Positions 24,350-36,230 of a stretch of 64,000 nt of DNA are shown one piece after another. The position numbers were made by a program, and so were the translations under genes. Numbering within the stretch: the stretch's first letter is position 1; every line of letters starts with the position of its first letter. The notes under the pieces are model-generated. The model worked only from the letters and a program-made list of their open reading frames with translations, searched no databases and had not been told where the DNA came from. The DNA lies in NCBI GenBank assembly GCA_026770705.1, contig JANJGN010000035.1, forward strand, positions 8,680,001-8,744,000, written 5' to 3'. The stretch is from Isurus oxyrinchus (Eukaryota).

Positions 24350-27300
24350 GAGCTCATCTCCTTCACAATTGAATTTTAGGGAAGGAACCCTGCTGTCCTC
24401 ACTTGGTCCAACAGGCATGTGACTCTAGGCACAAAGAAATGTTGTTGACTCGTAACTGTTCTTTCAAATGCTTTCACACGTCACACAGTTGCATTAAAGT
24501 GCTGCGAAGCATAAATTGACTAAAAAGGAATGGAACACACAACATCATCCCAGGCTGCGGAAACGCTGATGGCCAACCCAAGAATGTATCACCAACACAC
24601 CTTATTACTAACATCTGGGGGCTTGTGCGAATGTTGGGAGAGAGCACCCAGAGGCTAAACAGGAAACAGCCAAACGTAGTTATATGCACCCAAACATACA
24701 TTACTGGAAATTTCCCAGACACGACCATCACCGGTCCTCCAGTTTTCTCTGGATTTAAACCCAGCAGATTTGGTCGCACAGTCAGAATGTTCTTCTCATG
24801 GCACTCCTCAACATTGAATGTTTCAATTCTTATGGGTTCAGGCCAAAATCGACAGGAAACGTTCTGTTGTTTCACAATGTACCACACATTTACTCCCTAT
24901 CTCCCTCCACCACCACCCTCCCAATAAGCCCCACCAGCCCCGCCACTGAGCTCAATAATCAGATCTACTCAATATGGAACAAGAAATACAAGAGACATTG
25001 AGGATGGAAAGAACTAAATGTAAACAGGTTGGAAAATGTCAATCTGTATCACCAAGACTGGCTCAGTTGCACAAATACTGACTGACTTGGCAGAGTCCTA
25101 AAGAACGATGTTGCTAGCCTTTGCATGTTGCAGGTGCAGCAAGAACTAAGAGGTTTAAATCCACCTGAAGAAGAATCTGATGAAGAGTCATTCGGAGTTG
25201 AAACATGAACTCTATTCTTCGCAATAGTTGCTGCCAGACATGCTGTGTTATTTTAGATATATTTGCTTTTGTGTATAATTCCAATGACCTCGTCCTCAGC
25301 AATAAACCCGCTGCAGATACATTTCTCCATGACAGTTACTGCCAGAGTGACTAGCGCCAAAGTCAGGTGTTCACATTGAGCATTCCCTCCATTGTTCAGT
25401 ATGGTGTTGCCATCGTAGGAAATAGGATAATTGTCGAGCAGATCGAGAATCTCCTATCTGGTCAGCTATTTTCGTTGTGGGCCATAGCCAGTAGCAGAAT
25501 TATATGCAAGCTCAATATGTCACTTGATGGCAAGGCATCACCCCGACTCTAAACTTACAATCATCAATAGGGATCAAACCTGGCTGACAGACCATTGCAA
25601 GAAGGAATGTCAGTCTCAACATGAAGTGTACCTAAAGATGAGCTAGCAATATAATGTTGCTACGCGGGAATACTTTCATACAAAAGTGGTGGCTGCATAC
25701 AATATGCAGAGCTAAGCCATCCTGTAGTGAACGTAGCAACTACTAAGCCGTACAGTGCTGCTAAATTGTGGCATGAATGGTATTAGACAATTAAACAACA
25801 AACTTGAGGAGGAGTCTAAAGAAATATCCCCATTCCATTGAGCAGGGAGAAAAACACATCAATCCAAGAAACGAAGCTCAAGCATTTAATACCAGTCAAC
25901 CAGAATTCTGCAGTGGGTGGAGCTTTCCACCCCTTTCTGAGGTCCGCAGCAGCACAGATTCCATTCATCAACCGATTTGCTTCACTCCTCGGGATATCAA
26001 GACGAGGTTGATATCACCAGCAATAATACAAAAGAGGTGTTATCCGCAGATTGACCAGGCCATGAGCCACGCCTTTTCAGTAAAGATGCAGAATTAGAAT
26101 TTATATGTCAATGTTGAAAATTTCTTGGATGAGCCTTGACCACTAATGCAGGAAATAGCCAGCACAACTAATAACCGTATCATCAGCCTCCTTGAAATCA
26201 TTAGCAAAATAATGAAAGTGTCTTGAGCACCGCTACCAAGAGGCACGTACAGGGCAATAACCAGCTAACTGGTGCTCAGTTAGGGTTCGGGCAGTCTAAA
26301 TCAGCTGTTAACATAATTGTAGCCTTCATCCAAACATGTAACAAGAGCTTAACTCAAAACCTGAGATGACAGCGATTCCCTTGACATGAAGGCAATTTTT
26401 TTCAGTGCTGGTCAACAAGTATCCCCCATAAAACAGAATCATTTGGAATCAGGGGGAAATTACAAAATGGTTGGACTCATACGTTGCAGAAAGGAACATG
26501 TTTGTGGTAGCTGGAGTTCAATCATCTCACTCACGGTCATCTGCTGCAAGAGTTCCTCTTGGAAATTTGGTTGTCCCTAGAGGCTTCAGCTAACCTTAAC
26601 AATGATCATCCCGCATTATATGATCAAAAGAATCATGATGACTGATGGTTGCAAAATATTCAGCACAATTGTGCCTCCCCGGACACGGAAGCAGGAACTG
26701 TCAACATGCAGCAATTCCTGGGATACATTCGGGCTTGTGCTGAGGGAAGTAAATTTCCCGCCGCACTGATATGGGAAAGTGGCGATATCCAATAGAACTA
26801 AATTCAAACATTTCCCCCTTGATATGCAATGATAATTCCCACACTGAGTCCCCCACCATCAATATCATGGGTTATAAATTTGACTGGAAACTGAGCATGA
26901 CCAGCCGTAAAATTACTGTACAGATCAGCAGGCCTGAGATTTTCAATTATGCGGCTAGCAAGTGACGTCCAGAGACCTCCACGCTTGTTCCTCAACTTCA
27001 AGGCAGAAGCCAGGAGCCTGGCTGATTACTCTCCACTTTCCTGAATGAGAGCAGGCCCAACAATACGCTCGAAAGCTTTCTAGTCAAAGCAGCCCGCTTG
27101 AGATGCACTTTTGTCACCATCGAGAACATTCAGTCACTGGATCAGTGACCCACGGTGGCAGTAATGTGCATTATGTTCAAGATGCAATGCACATGCGAGA
27201 TGGAAAAGCTCCTCCAAGCTGTACATCTGACGTTTAGAATTATGTTGCCAGCCCTTCAAATGCACTTGTAAAAATCGTGGAATTCGTTGCCACAGCAGCC

Positions 27301-27450
27301 CAATGGGTGTCTCAACAACAAGTGGACTGCCACGGCTTCAGAAAGCAACTCAACACCACCGTTACAAGGACAATTAGTAATATGCCGCCAATAGTGGCCT
27401 GTTCGGCAATGGCCACATCCCAAAAGCGAACATAAATAAATAAATTATTT
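24350..27450 (+). mobile_element. Near full-length degenerate CR1/L2-group LINE
   Basis: 5' UTR tttagggaaggaa...catgtgactc, EN start LNRKQPNVVICTQTYITGNFPDTTITGP (ORF 24625), RT, and 3' tail ggccacatcccaaaagcgaacataaataaa. Confidence 0.8.
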
Positions 27451-28619
27451 ACTCCTCCCCACATAATGGAAATCCTATTTTCCATCAGACACTTATGTTC
27501 CATGATAATTTATATTTGGATACTTGCCCACTGCTTTTGAACTGATCACAATCAACCAAAACCTGATATTGCTCCTCATATCAAGACACATATACATCTT
27601 CAAAACCATTCTATTCATATTTTCCTAAACTCGTGGCAATGTGAGCATCCAGCGATTGTTTGGTTCTGCTTTTAAACTTCCTGAAGGCAAAAGATTATCT
27701 GATCATGTGGGGTCGTGTGCGGAAGTTAAAATAAAGGAATGACCATTTGAAATAAGCCTGACTCTTTAGATCATACATGCTGCTAATGGCCAAAAAGGAT
27801 TAACTCGCCTCTAATGGGAGACTGGAGGAATGCAAATTTCGATAGCCGTTAGTTTTGTATCATGCACCTGGGTAGGTGACTCATGGTATACATTGCTCTG
27901 TTGTAATCGCGCATGTGATCAGAGTGAGAAGTCGAATCTTAAACTGGCGAGCAACTACTGACAAAGGTAACATATACATGATTAAAGAAGAAAACGAGCC
28001 CCAGTACTGAAAGCATGCATACAATTTCAGTTTAATGCAGAATCTACGACGGCCTTACTTTTACCAAAGTCATATTGTGCAATATACTATGCTGACAAAT
28101 GCGGTTTGAATTCGATGGAATTGTTTGTCCACATGCAATGCAAATTGTTATTCTTAATTTAGGAGTTTGGCTGGTGAAAAGATCACTCAAGTTGCAATGT
28201 TTTTTTGCTCTTTACCTGAAGAAAAGCTAAGGTTGAACGCTTTGCATCCGATGGAACACAGCCTGAATGCTGCTGTCGGAAGAAAAATATTTAGTGCGCC
28301 AGCTATCGAGGTTTGAACTCCAAACGCAGGCACTGGTGGATTTGTTTTTTTTTTTCAGTTTCCCATGAGACGTCCTTCCATTGGGAATTAATGCATTAAC
28401 TTAAATTTATAGAACAAATTAATTTGCAATATTTCTAGGGATATCACTGCAAATTCTCATTACATTGGCAACGATTTCAAAATCACGGGCAGTCTTCAAA
28501 TTACACCACTATTGCATAAAAATCTGATAATCCTGCTGTTTGCAAAGAATAAATGTAATCTAAACATTCCGCCTTATTATTTATCTAAAGCTATATGGTT
28601 CCAAAATACATGTAACACA

Positions 28620-28960
28620 TCATCTGCTCCGTCTCGTTGAGCACAGCCAAATATTTCTGACGAACAATCTCCATGAGATGTTTAGTTTGCGATTCCAATC
28701 CTTGGCGGTAGGATTCGATATTTCTATGCGGTTGGTTATCCGTGTCGCTCATCCCTTTGTGGTGCTCGTCGATAAGTTCATGTTCTGTAAAGGTGTAAGT
28801 GAGAATAGATTGTTATACTGGCCCCGCCATCGAAAGGTAATTTCGTGTGAACCTGCTGCTTTGGGTGGAAAATGTTCAGCCTTTAAAGGTGCTCAAGACC
28901 CGTATACCCGTGCAATGGAAAGTCTAAGTATAACGGTTATCCTTTGGGCACAATAAAGAA
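28620..28960 (-). mobile_element. Old CR1 RT relic
   Basis: DNA-level resemblance to the CR1 SSL.TG.VPEDW..ANV.PLFKKG...SVVGK...HLE.H.LI..SQHG region (here EHELIDEHHKG). Confidence 0.45.
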
Positions 28961-29409
28961 TAGAAATTCGGGCATTTCAGCATTTTAATTTAGTTTAATT
29001 AAGTACGTCATAGAGAGATGGGAGGCCACAGGAAGATACTTCTAGCCATTAGGTTTGAATAACTCAACTGGTGCCCGGAACAGACTATTAGACAATCGAG
29101 AACACAGAAAGGGCGACGGAAAGCCAACAGAGGAAATGTAGGTAAGATTGATAGCATACGGAATGCGAAATATGGAGCATTCACAGTTACTCAGGAAGAG
29201 CTTACAAAACCTGGAACGAAGGCTCAATCTGCATTTAAACTACAAAGCCCTAGAAAAGTTGCAGTTTATAAGCAGCACTGTCCAATATGCTTTCGAAAGT
29301 CTGCATAAAAACATTAACATAATGGATCATTCATAAGCACCTTAGATCCGTAAGGCCAGTAAATTATTGCAACGTTATTTGGAATGCTGATCAGATAGGC
29401 CCTTTATAT

Positions 29410-29645
29410 AATAGCCGTTTGCTTCCCTCGTTTGTAACAGGAACATTAATCAATTTTGCCATTAATCGGCATACCTGTCTCGACATCATATGCGCCAGCT
29501 CTGCTCCTTCCAGTGCCGTCCTTAACTGTTCTTCCTCAATTTCCGGTGATGGACTATATATCAATAATCATCACAAGCCCACCTACTCCCCCAACACTCT
29601 CCGCTACCTCCTCACACCCTGATTACTATATCCACAGCATTGCAT
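29410..29645 (+). mobile_element. Old PLE RT fragment
   Basis: ORF 29419 LINFAIN...SISGDGLYINNHHKPTYS matches FINFACN...SISGDRLSTNIHYKPTDS of the 31.7 kb element. Confidence 0.65.
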
Positions 29646-29649
29646 CTCA

Positions 29650-30900
29650 AGCCCAAACATAGATAGAAGAGCTGAAATTAAAAGATGCTGGAGAATGACG
29701 AAAATTGACATCAAGGACACTTATAACCGTAGGAGGCATCAAAGAGGCCTGGAGGACACTGAAGTCAATGGTAATCAGGGGCGAATGCTTTATTTTTTGT
29801 TGTCCAATCATGCACGATGCACGGTGATTTTTCATCCTGGAAATCAGCAATCTCGGACCTGTGACATCGTTTTTGGAGTTATTCACATTAATATCTGAAG
29901 ACTTAACACCCACAACTATTTCAACATTGACTTTCCCTGTTTCAAAAAATTAGGTGGGGGAATAGTTTGTTGGGTGAAAGGGCAGGGAGTGTGCAATTGT
30001 GATGAGTGTTGATTGCGTGAATGCTCAGCACCATTTCCACCCCCTCAGGTGCAAATGCAGTCCATGCCCATAGGGAGATAGTTGTGAATATTCGTTTTTG
30101 GCTGAGTCGTAAGAAACATTCGTGCCACACAAGTTCCAGACAAGTAACTTCTCGAGCATTTCAGAACCTAACTAATTTCTCTTGAAAGTGAGTGGCAATA
30201 TCATCGCTGAATCCCCCTCTGTCAACTTCGAAGGGGCGACTATTGGACGGGATATCAGCTACCGAATCCATGTGATTAATGCAGTTAGATCAGCGGGAAA
30301 GGAGCTTTTACAGATGCGGCGAGAAACTCACCTCCGGATACCTCAAAGACCATTCACGATCTGTAAGCCAGACGTCCAAATTGTGATGGAACACTCTCCA
30401 GTTGCCCGAATTAGTGCAGTTCCATCAACACTCAAGTCGCTCGCCAACTTCAAGGACAATGCAGCTGGTTTGATTACTACACTGTACACCACATCGACCT
30501 TCAGGCCCTCCATTGCCGAAGCATATTAGCAGCAGCATGTCAAACTGTAAAATGTCCTGCTGCAACTCAGCCGGGCTCCTTCGGAAAACACAGACCTCAT
30601 CAATACATAAGGACAAGGCAGCAGATCCAATGGAGCAAAGTTTATTTTCCTTTTATATTTGATTTCCCTTCCAAGCCAGACGCATTTCTGGCTTAGAGCT
30701 ATGTCTTTGCTCCTACAGTTTCGCTGTGAAAAAGTCTGGATCTCCCTTCTTGTGCGTTTTCCCATGGAGCACTGTCTGCAGCAGTTGAAGCAGGCTAGTA
30801 AGCGTCAGTTTATCAAAGGGTTTAGAGATGCACAATCATATGTGTCCAGTGGCAAGGCTCGCATCCAATAATGGCATAAATAATAAGAGAAGTGAAAAAC
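29650..30900 (+). mobile_element. 3' portion of a CR1/L2-group LINE, counterpart of the copy ending at 3883
   Basis: RT and tail similarity to about 2200-3880, including the shared strings ggaacactctccagttgcc, caagccagacgcattt and ctcgcatccaat. Confidence 0.8.
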
Positions 30901-31530
30901 CTTTTCATACATGTTTCCTTTTCGGTGTTCTGGATTCTTCTTCTCTCTTTTATATCCTTTCTTTTTTTTATTAATGTGAAGTACATTTTTTTCATCCCCT
31001 GCGTACTACCTCCATGCAGAGTGCTTCATTTGTCTTGCCGCTAAACCCTTTAGGATCTGTGTTTCCTAATCGAGTTCAAACTTGCGTCCTAACCACGTTA
31101 TTTTACTTCTGAACAAATAGGTAATGAGCTTCGGGGCAAAACTACCTTACATATTTGGGATGTGTGCATCTTACTCACCAATGTTCCTTATTGTCTGAAC
31201 GGACAGTGGTCCTGTCCCACGTGCTCTAATACCAAAGGGGCCCATGCATTCCTTTCTGTTAAGTTTTCAGCAGTTTCTTAGATGTTTCGCTTTCATCTGC
31301 ATAGTTTCATGCCTTATGTGCTTGACAATATTTCCCAAAATCTTCCTAAAATGTCATCACTTCGTTGCCCTGTTTCTCTACTTGCATTCCTATCTATCCT
31401 TTACAATGTACGTTAGTAGTAGCGAAAACAATCTTCTGAGTTGCATTTGCCCACCTTAATACAAGAGCATAAATGCAGTAAGTTGTCAATGTGCTCATCT
31501 AAGTTAATCCAACGTTTCAATTACGCCTCA
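30901..31530 (-). pseudogene. Second, paralogous decayed NACHT (HD1/WHD) fragment
   Basis: Collinear DNA similarity to 3884-4530: cttttcat.catgtttcct, tgcg.actacctcca, gttatttt.cttc, tcttac.cac, gctttca.ctgca, acaatatt...caaaatc, caatgta.gtta and caacgtttca. Peptide NNVVRTQV*TRLGN...MEVVRR versus NNIFTEQRWTKLGN...MEVVRI. Confidence 0.65.
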
Positions 31531-31686
31531 CACATCTGCTGTTTAAATCCAAATGAAAACCATTGGAGCGATTCCACACATACACCAAAACGGCATTAAA
31601 GCACTGGACAACATTCTGGTGAGTATGTTGGCTGCATCCCTGGCTTACCTGTCGATTACAATCAAACCAAATCTTATATGGAGGCC

Positions 31687-32842
31687 CCAGCTATGCCTGC
31701 CTCTTTATGGGGTATGTGGAACATTCCTTGTTGCAGTCCTACTCCGGCCCCCTTCCACAACTTTTTCTCCGGTACATCGATGATTACTTCGGTGCTGCTT
31801 CATGCTCTCGTCGTGACTTGGAAAAATTTATTAATTTTGCTTGCAATCTCACCCCTCCATCATTTTCACGTGGTCCATCTCTGACACTTCCCTTCCCTTC
31901 CTTGACCTCTCTGACTCAATCTCTGGTGATAGACTGTCCACCAATATCCATTACAAACCCACCGACTCCCACAGCTACCTCGACTACAGCTCCTCACACC
32001 CCGCTTCCTGTAAGGATTCCATCGCATTCTCCCAGTTCCTTCGCCTTCGTCGCATCTGTTCCGACAATGCTACCTTCAAAAACGGTTCCTCTGACATGTC
32101 CTCCTTCTTCCTTAACCGAGGTTTTCCACCCACGGTCGTTGACAGAGCCCTCAACCGTGTCCAGCCCATCTCCCGCTCATCCACCCTCACGCCTTCTCCT
32201 CCCTCCCAGAAATATGATAGGGTCCCCCTTGTCTTCACTTATCACCCCACCAGCCTCCGCATTCAAAGGATCATCCTCCGCCATTTCCGCCAACTCCAGC
32301 ATGATGCCACCACCAAACACATCTTCCCTTCACCCCCCTTATCGGCATTCCGTAGGGATCGCTCCCTCTGCGACACCCTGGTCCACTCCTCCATCAACCC
32401 CTACTCCTCAACCCCCTCCTATGGCACCACCCCATGACCACTCAAAAGATGTAACACCTGCCCCTTTACTTCCTCTCTCCTCACCGTCCAAGGGCCCAAA
32501 CACTCCTTTCAAGTGAAGCAGCATTTCACTTGCATTTCCCCCAACTTAGTCTACTGCATTCGTTGCTCCCAATGTGGTCTCCTCTACATTGGAGAGACCA
32601 AACGTAAACTGGGCGATCGTTTTGCACAACACCTGCAGTCTGTCCGAAAGAATGACCCAAACCTCCCTGTCACTTGCCATTTTAACACTCCACCCTGCTC
32701 TCTTGCCCACATGTCTGTCCTTGGCTTGCTGCATTGTTCCAGTGAAGCCCAACGCAAACTGGAGGAACAACACATCATCTTCCGACTAGGCACCTTACAG
32801 CCTTCCGGACTGAATATTGAATTCAACAACTTTAGGTCGTGA
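31687..32842 (+). pseudogene. PLE polyprotein remnant: RT (RYIDD) - thumb - Cys linker - GIY-YIG endonuclease
   Basis: PSYACLFMGYVE, FLRYIDD, LPFLDL, YKPTDSHSYLDYSSSHP, RLRRICS, KRCNTC, NLVYCIRCSQCGLLYIGET and GLN. One frameshift near 31847 and one in-frame TGA at 32435-32437. Confidence 0.92.
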
Positions 32843-33229
32843 GCTCCCTCCCCCATCCCCACCCCATTTCTGTTTCCCCCTTTCTTTTTTTTCCAATAAA
32901 TTATATAGATTTTTCTTTTCCCACCTATTTCCATTATTTTTAAATATTTTAAAATCTTTTATGCTCTCCCCACCCCCATTAGAGCTATACATTGAATGCC
33001 CTACCATCCATTCTTAATTTGCACATTCGTTTAGATAATATCGCCAACTTTAACTTTAACACCTATGTGTTCTATTGTACCATTGTTGTTGACATCTTTT
33101 GATGATCTGCTTCTATCACTGCTTGTTTGTCCATACAACCACCTCTCTCTCTCTCTCTATCTCTCGGCCACCCACACACACACATCTTAAACCAGCTTAT
33201 ATTTCAACTTTTTCTTGGACTTGAACTCA

Positions 33230-33268
33230 AGTTCTGTCGAAGGGTCACGAGGACTCGAAACGTCAACT
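33230..33268 (+). ncRNA. Minimal type I hammerhead-ribozyme-like motif in the PLE tail (variant core)
   Basis: agtt-CTGTCGA-a-gggtc-acgag-gactc-GAAA-cGTC-aact gives stem I agtt/aact, stem II gggtc/gactc, palindromic ACGT in place of stem III, and predicted cleavage after C33264. The core has U where the canonical motif has A6. Confidence 0.5.
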
Positions 33269-33635
33269 CTTTTCTTTTCTGCCGCTGCTGCCAGACCTGA
33301 TGAGTTTTTCCAGGTAATTATGTTTTTGTTTTGGATTTCCAGCATCAGCAGTTTTTTTGTTTTATCTTATATGGAGGCCTTTGGCCTGGGATGTGTTCTC
33401 GAGGTGGTCAAAGAATGCACTGCCAGGACAGACTGTTGGTTCTATATCGGAACTCTGATGTCAAATTCTCGGCCTGGCGGACGCTAGACTATGTTTGCTT
33501 AAGGTGGTTTAAAAAAATAAATATGTCGGGGGCCCCTTCCAAACCAAGCAAGTGAAATAGGCAGTTGGAAAGCAGAAGTTCAGGAAATCCACAGCCAGCA
33601 ACCCTTCAAAAACTCAATCACTTGGAGAATCCTGC

Positions 33636-33790
33636 CATATTTGCACAAGCGTTTTCCAGAATCAAATGTTTCTTAACAATTTGGCCTCAAATTTAGAATC
33701 CTATGAATTAACCCATACCATGAAAACGGTTATTTTCACGTGTAAAATTGAACAATAATGTATTCCTGTATTTGGTGCCTGGAGCAGAAC
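33636..33790 (-). pseudogene. Possible upstream continuation of the second NACHT relic
   Basis: NTGIHY...VNS*DSK...LLRNI*FWKTLVQIW weakly parallels the post-Walker-A region. catatttgcacaagcgttttccagaat resembles aatatgttccaaccggatttcccaaat near 4702. Confidence 0.3.
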
Positions 33791-34229
33791 AGAGTCAGGA
33801 AGCGGGTGGAATAAGCTTTTGTCTTGCTTCAGGAAACATCTATCCCCAACCTTCATCCTGATTCTATTCAATTACATTTGATCATTTTCTTTTATAATAC
33901 CTTGATCGTTATCATCACCATCAGTGTCATTATTTTATATGTTAATCTTCAGGACAAAATAAAATTGATATGACAACATTGACTAAGTAAGCTTAATGGC
34001 ATCAGATCAGCTTTTCCTGTAGATGATTATTCATGCCTTCGTTATTTGTCTGACTGTGGATAACATGATTCTTTCTGTGTCTAAAATCCACATTTTCCCC
34101 AAATTTTTAATTGATCAAGTTGCCCGATCAGGTCCCAGTGTTATGGCTTAATAGGCAATGAATCTTTAAGCAAGCTTGAATATTTTTTAATATTTTGTTC
34201 TCTATTGTCTTCCTGTGTTATTAACGAAA

Positions 34230-34620
34230 AGCTTATAGCATATGATAGCAGTCTACAAAAGCCAAGAATCACTTATTTCCTCGAAACATTCTGAGAAAAA
34301 AAGATTGCGCCTTCAAAAGAAATTTAACACCCATCCTAAATGTTGTTGCCAGAACAATAGCATAGTTGAGTCCTACACAGAACATTTTCGACTTTCAACA
34401 CTTTTCTTATTTTGAACCATTTTATGAATTTCAAGATCCGATATGCTTTGCTATATATTGGCTTATTATGCTGTTCAATCTTCAAGGATCCATGTGCATG
34501 ATATCCATTGTCCCTCTATCTATGCTTTGAAGAATACTTGCCCAAACAATGTCACTATGGGAGCACCGTTCTCTAACACCCTCCAATCTGAAAGACAATT
34601 TACCTTGTTTCTGGCATTAC
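34230..34620 (-). mobile_element. Old CR1 RT/C-terminal fragment
   Basis: SDWRVLENGAP..LFG resembles CR1 SDWRxVxSGVPQGSVLG. KAYRIL and FWxxHFRxDV-like segments follow. Confidence 0.6.
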
Positions 34621-34799
34621 CTCCTATGTCTTAAATCACTTTGCTACGGTTCTCCCTACCTCATTGAGATTAAATTGAGGTAATCATATGTTCACGTAAT
34701 ATGTTGTCTAATGATTTATTGAAATCCACATCGTGCACCAAATGCATTTTCAGCTTGAAAGTTGCCAGTTCCATCGTCGGAAATGCCAGTTTGAAAAGG

Positions 34800-36230
34800 C
34801 AAACAGGAGGATGAATAATGTGGTTGCTCACTGGCAGCGAGTTCTGCACCTGGAAATCGGCGACATTGTGAATTCCTGGTCAGCCCTCTGCAATATGGGA
34901 ATTTCAGAAAATTAGCGGCAAGCATGGAGTCAGTCCTGTCATCCCACGATATAAGTTTTGGGGCCCTGTCTCTGAGACTGGGACAGTGGCATGGGACAAG
35001 ATAAACGTCAGCATTTTATGTGATCGCCTTTAACAGAGAGTGGCAGTTGACACATCAGATGAACAGTCGATTGCATCTACTATGTACAGTGCATTACCCT
35101 TTCGGCCATGTAGGTCAATTTAAATTTTAACTAATCCGTGCCAGCCATGTTAAACTTGAAAGTTTACAGAAGTTTTAAATTTAAGCAAGTTTCCACTTTT
35201 TGGCACTGGGGAGTTGTACAGTTATTTCATGTAACCATGGAGATATCTGTGCCAACAATGCGAAATGGGAGGCGTTCAGAAAAGAGCTAATGTGGCCACA
35301 GGTTCTGCATTGCCACACTTTGTGCCCTGTTGCAAGTGGCACCTGAGAGACGTCAAATGATTATGCTGACCACTAGGAAGAAAGGGAGCACAGGCATACC
35401 CGTTCTCCCAGGAGGAGACGGCCAGCGAGAAAAAAAGGGGTTCTTGTGGCAAAGAGGAAATTGGCCCATTGCCCCACAAGTGCCTCATGAGGTCAGTTGC
35501 AGGTAGCTAGATCTTTCCTTTATACCACTAAGTCAGTTTGTCGGCGCCTCCGCTGAGTGTTTCATTATTGATGAAGAGCTTTGGGAACTGACACTTCTCT
35601 CTCCCCATCCTAAGTAAACACAGCACCCTGTGTCCCACACCCCACAGTCCTTATTTCCTCTCACTTTTGCCTCCTACTGCTCCTAATCATTCTTTCCTCT
35701 TCATTCAAAACTGTGCCTCAAGTGGCACAAAATTCTCCATTTCCTCAGAATGTTTTCACTCCGCAGACGTGCGGACTCGACAGGAAATTAAACAACGGAG
35801 TCCAATGAAGTAAGGGAGACGTCTCTTCAAGAAAAATACCCAAAAAGGTTCCTCTGTCCAATCAAATGAGCAGTGATTGCAGCCAATAGATTTTGAACTG
35901 CAAAGTGAGACCCTGGTTTCTACTGCAAGCTTTAAAGCCGTCCAAAGAAGACTGTCCATAGAAAAGGACTTCCCACATGCCATTCATATTGCCAGACGAC
36001 GAACTGTTGCATTCTGGCCGTATTGTTACTGTAAAATGGGCGTTTAATTGTTGAATTGCTTTTTAGGTTGGCGTTTAAATAACACGTCCGAGTTCCGGAC
36101 TTTATGACGTGCCCACCTGCCATATTATCAAAAAGTGGCTGAATGTCGTTATAACAGCGCCAGAGGTCTACACGACCCATGCAACGCATCGTAACAAGGA
36201 AACATTGTCAATCTCCGAGCTTAAGCTTGA
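34800..36230 (+). mobile_element. GC-rich Harbinger-derived relic with a decayed Myb/SANT-like segment at about 35295-35505
   Basis: FCIATLCALLQVAPERRQMI..RKK resembles the FSDxxLxxLLxxVxxRRxxL motif, which is clearer at 54.7-54.9 kb. Confidence 0.35.

Larger units (their letters stand above)
31687..33363 (+). mobile_element. Young 5'-truncated Penelope-like retroelement (Neptune-type) with 16-bp TSD
   Basis: RT C-terminal half, GIY-YIG endonuclease and 3' tail. The perfect direct repeat atcttatatggaggcc occurs at 31671-31686 and 33364-33379. Confidence 0.95.

Noticed and set aside
28620-28786. Apparent death-fold exon (EHELIDEHHKG...YRQGLE) behind a strong-looking acceptor
   Set aside because: No GT donor at the expected place, and the upstream DNA continues as CR1 RT-like sequence.
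31707-32516. 269-aa Pro/Ser/Thr-rich ORF, the longest in the track
   Set aside because: Only the first ~47 aa are PLE RT. The rest is an out-of-frame read after the frameshift near 31847.
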